This document shows positions 60,765 through 64,000 of a DNA stretch of 64,000 nucleotides, in pieces. How positions within the stretch are numbered: the first letter of the stretch is position 1; the number at the start of each line of letters is the position of its first letter. The stretch lies in NCBI GenBank assembly GCA_000182565.2, contig KQ257459.1; one strand, written 5' to 3'. This DNA is from Spizellomyces punctatus DAOM BR117 (lineage: Eukaryota). The notes beneath the pieces are model-generated. The model made no database searches. It had not been told where the DNA came from and worked only from the letters and a program-made list of their open reading frames with translations. Made by a program: the position numbers and the translations under genes.

Positions 60765-63700
60765 ATGAAGGGGCCGGATCACTCCCCTTCGGTTCCCGAC
60801 ATTCTGGCGCTCTTTGACACATTTCCTGTACCTTCCCAGTTGGACCTAATTGAGCTTCTTACGAGAAAAGCAGCCGCACAGTCGCCCGCACAGCATGACG
60901 GCAAGACCATCGATGAAGCTTGGGGACGGATTTCAGGCGTGCTTGAGCAAGCCCACAGAGGCCGTGGTGGGCAAAGTATTCGGACTCGCTCGCGGACACC
61001 TCCCGCGAAAGCTGAAAAGGACGGACAAATATCGATGCGAATTCCGGATGAACTACGACCGTTTGTGGAGAATTTCAGTATCTTGCATAAGAAAGAGGCC
61101 ACCATGCTCTTTGCGGGATTGGAGGTGACCGCTGCATTGACGTCAAGGCATAATCGCCAGAGCTACCAATCTAATGAACGTGCACGATCGGATCAGCCGT
61201 TTGCACTCATTGAATCCCAACTTCTCACCATTTTGTTGCATGCCCCTGCTATCATCCTCCGTCCCCTTCCTGCAACCTCTGTCACATCTTCACCAGCATA
61301 TACTCAATACGGGCAAACCTCCTACGAGCCTCATCACCACCGTTCACCATCCCACGATAGAATAGACCACAGATCTGCGCTTGCACAAGTGTTATCTGCA
61401 TCATCTGCATTAGCGGCCCTTATCGAAGCCGTTGTCTCAACACATAATGATCGAATATTAGCTGAGTTGAATGATCAAGGCGAGCTAGAGGACTATCAGA
61501 GGATTTCGGAACAGGTTTGGGAGACAGCATCAGGCATCTTGCGCGATGTCAAAAGCTTGAAGGAGGGAGATCTCGGCAGAGATAGTTTGGAAAAGGCGAA
61601 GGTTGATTGAATAGCGGATTCCTCTGTGTCAACCATGTATACTGACATTGGTTGCATACAGGCGCTGTACGGCCGACTTATCTCAACATCGATGCAGTTT
61701 AGTCGGGCTTTGAATGCATTTGTCGATTTTGCTTGGAAGATTCTTGGAAGTGACTCTCGACGATGGCGTGTGTATTCCAGCAAATACTTCCCTGCCCAAT
61801 GGTGTGCATTTTGTAACTCGTTGTCTCATTTCCTGTAGCTTTGCGGACCGACAGCGCGATTTCCTTCCTCTCTCCAAACGATGTATCGCCGGCAGATAGA
61901 GCAACTGAAGATGTCCCACCGCCTCGCGTGCTTGGGTCGCCCCTTGCAGACAGAATATCCAAGCGACTATCATGTAAGGATGTACTGTAAGACGTTTTCC
62001 CCCTGCAATGATATTCATATGTATTCGTAGTTGGAGCACGTTTGAAACGCCGACTTGCTCAATTGACGGAGCACGCACGTCCGTCATCCATGTCTAGCGA
62101 TACATCTGATGATACTTCAGAATCATCACATCCAACAACTAGATTTAGCCGTCCGTCGGAAGCGACGGATGACTCTGGCCTCAAACCACCATCTACGCGA
62201 CCAACCAGCTTGGACGTACCCCGTCGGGGTAAGAGTGTGGATATACCTCGTCAACCGCGGACCCGTGGCACACAGTATCCTGTGGGTAGGTCGAGCCTGG
62301 ACGCATTGAGGCCAAAACTTCGATCGAGATCCAGTGGCGATATGTCGCGCAATAAATTGGAGCCTGCGCCATCGACTCTGAAAAGGTCGATATCCGCTCG
62401 TCACTCGTCTTCCTTGGATGTGCCAGTGCTGCCAGAGATCTCCTTCGGAACGGCAAAGGCTACTGAGTGGCTGAATGAAGTTTTAAGAAACGATGAGGAG
62501 GAGGTTGGTCAATATGTTTCTGTTATCAAGTTGTAGTCTTTTACTGACATATTTCTTCAGAGTGCTGGATGCCGCATATCGTCTCCGGAACACGAGCCTG
62601 AGACACGTCCTAATCACGAAATCCAAACATCGGAAGAACGTGCACCCCCGACAGTTCCCCACCAGCATCACTTTCCGCACCACCACCATTCTCGATCTCT
62701 TTCTGCATCTGCACCCATCATTCCCCCCCTTACAACACCTGCTAAGCGGCCCACTCATAGCCGAACACATTCATCATCGTCCCTTCCTTCGACAAGAGTG
62801 CAACTCCTCCAAGCCGAAGACTGGAAAGTCAGACTACCTACCGATGCTGGACAGAGTTACGAAGGAGGGCATTCAGATCGATGGTCTAGAATGATGGAGA
62901 GTGTGGTTGGGGTGGCCGAGGGAGAAACGGGGGAAAATGGCCGACAGGAATGGAAAGATGGGATGGAGAAGAAGCCAGGGCTGGCAGTAGATGTCGAGAA
63001 GATCGACGATGGAGCCGATGGAAACAACCGCTTTGAGAGGTTGGTCAGCACAACAGACAACATAGACGGCAGTGCCCAGAAGATAACGTCATTTGGGTTT
63101 TTTTTTAGTTTGAAAAAACTTGGTTTCAAAGCTGCACAACGGATTCCTACGTATGACAGCCAGGTGCGTGCGTGACGGTGCCAGTTTTCAGTTTTCGCAT
63201 CCATCCAGCAGCGGGAAATAGTAACGTCGTCTTCACAGGGCAATCGGATTGGCATACTGGACCATGGTCGGTTCCTTTCTGGCACAGGTAGGATTTCTCA
63301 TGACCCTCCTAGTCGTTATCGGAAACTGATAATTGTGATATATAGATGAAGCAGGGGACGCCAATGCGACCGAGTTCATTTCCGTGCGAGGAAACCTTCT
63401 TCATCTTAGCGAAGATGATCGAGATGTCCTCGTGATGGAGATGGTGAATGGTAAATTACAGATTGTGGCCGGAACGGTGGAAAAATTGGTGCTGAGATTA
63501 GCAGATGAGAATGGACAAGGTGATTGTTTTTCCACTTTCACCAAAGATGGTGATGATACATGAAAACACCCATAATGCTGACCCACTGCTACCAGATATG
63601 GACTTTGTTGACATGTTTATCCAGACACATCCCTTCTATCTGTCATCTCGGGATCTCTTGAGCAACCTCATCATGAGGTATTATTGCGAGGTTTCCGAGG

Positions 63701-64000
63701 ATACCAGTGCTGAAGAGCTCGAGTACTTTGCCAAGTGGCAAAGACCTATACGCACCAAGTACGTTGCAAACGTCATTGTCATGGAGAAGATGCGGTTGGT
63801 AAACTGACATTTTCAATCTGATGATAGAGTATTATCTGTTCTCGCTCGATGGGTTAAGCTGAGATTTGAAGATTTCGAAGGGGATGGCAAGCTTCGGGAA
63901 GGATTTGAGGATTTTTTGGCGGAAATCGAATCAGGAGGAGACAGCTTCCAGACTGAAGTGGAAAGAATTCGTCGTGTCGCGGCCGTTCAGGTACTTTTTA
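60765..64000 (+). CDS. Ras guanine-nucleotide exchange factor (REM domain), partial; runs off the window
   Basis: LQIVAGTVEKLVLRLAD, DFVDMFIQTHPFYLSSRDLLSNLIMRY, RVLSVLARWVK; linkage to the 60765 exon is inferred. Confidence 0.7.

Overview
Intron-rich fungal DNA, most likely from a zoosporic chytrid. The evidence is a flagellar CFAP52 gene and a Fanzor protein very close to Spizellomyces punctatus SpuFz1. About 20 host genes are present. The centrepiece (21786-34078) is a TA-flanked, TIR-bounded transposon encoding a Fanzor1 (eukaryotic TnpB/OMEGA RNA-guided nuclease). It has the CATA target-adjacent motif at its left junction and an intact omega-RNA scaffold at its right end. This copy is disabled by a nonsense codon, a frameshift and a 10-kb Ty3/Gypsy chromovirus insertion. 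The retroelement is itself unusual: it has three LTRs, a captured CpG-free fragment of another Gypsy element, a degenerate DIRS-type adenine-methyltransferase-like domain between Gag and protease, and a long C-terminal extension. Other signals are an X-box upstream of CFAP52, a MITE beside a Cys-rich secreted peptide gene, two dispersed copies of a small spliced 'WCRGPRPPD' unit, and a possible bicistronic locus. Bases 1-1300 duplicate 5619-6918 next to an N gap. Several 1-nt indels suggest assembly errors. All family assignments are from motif recognition and recall, not database searches.
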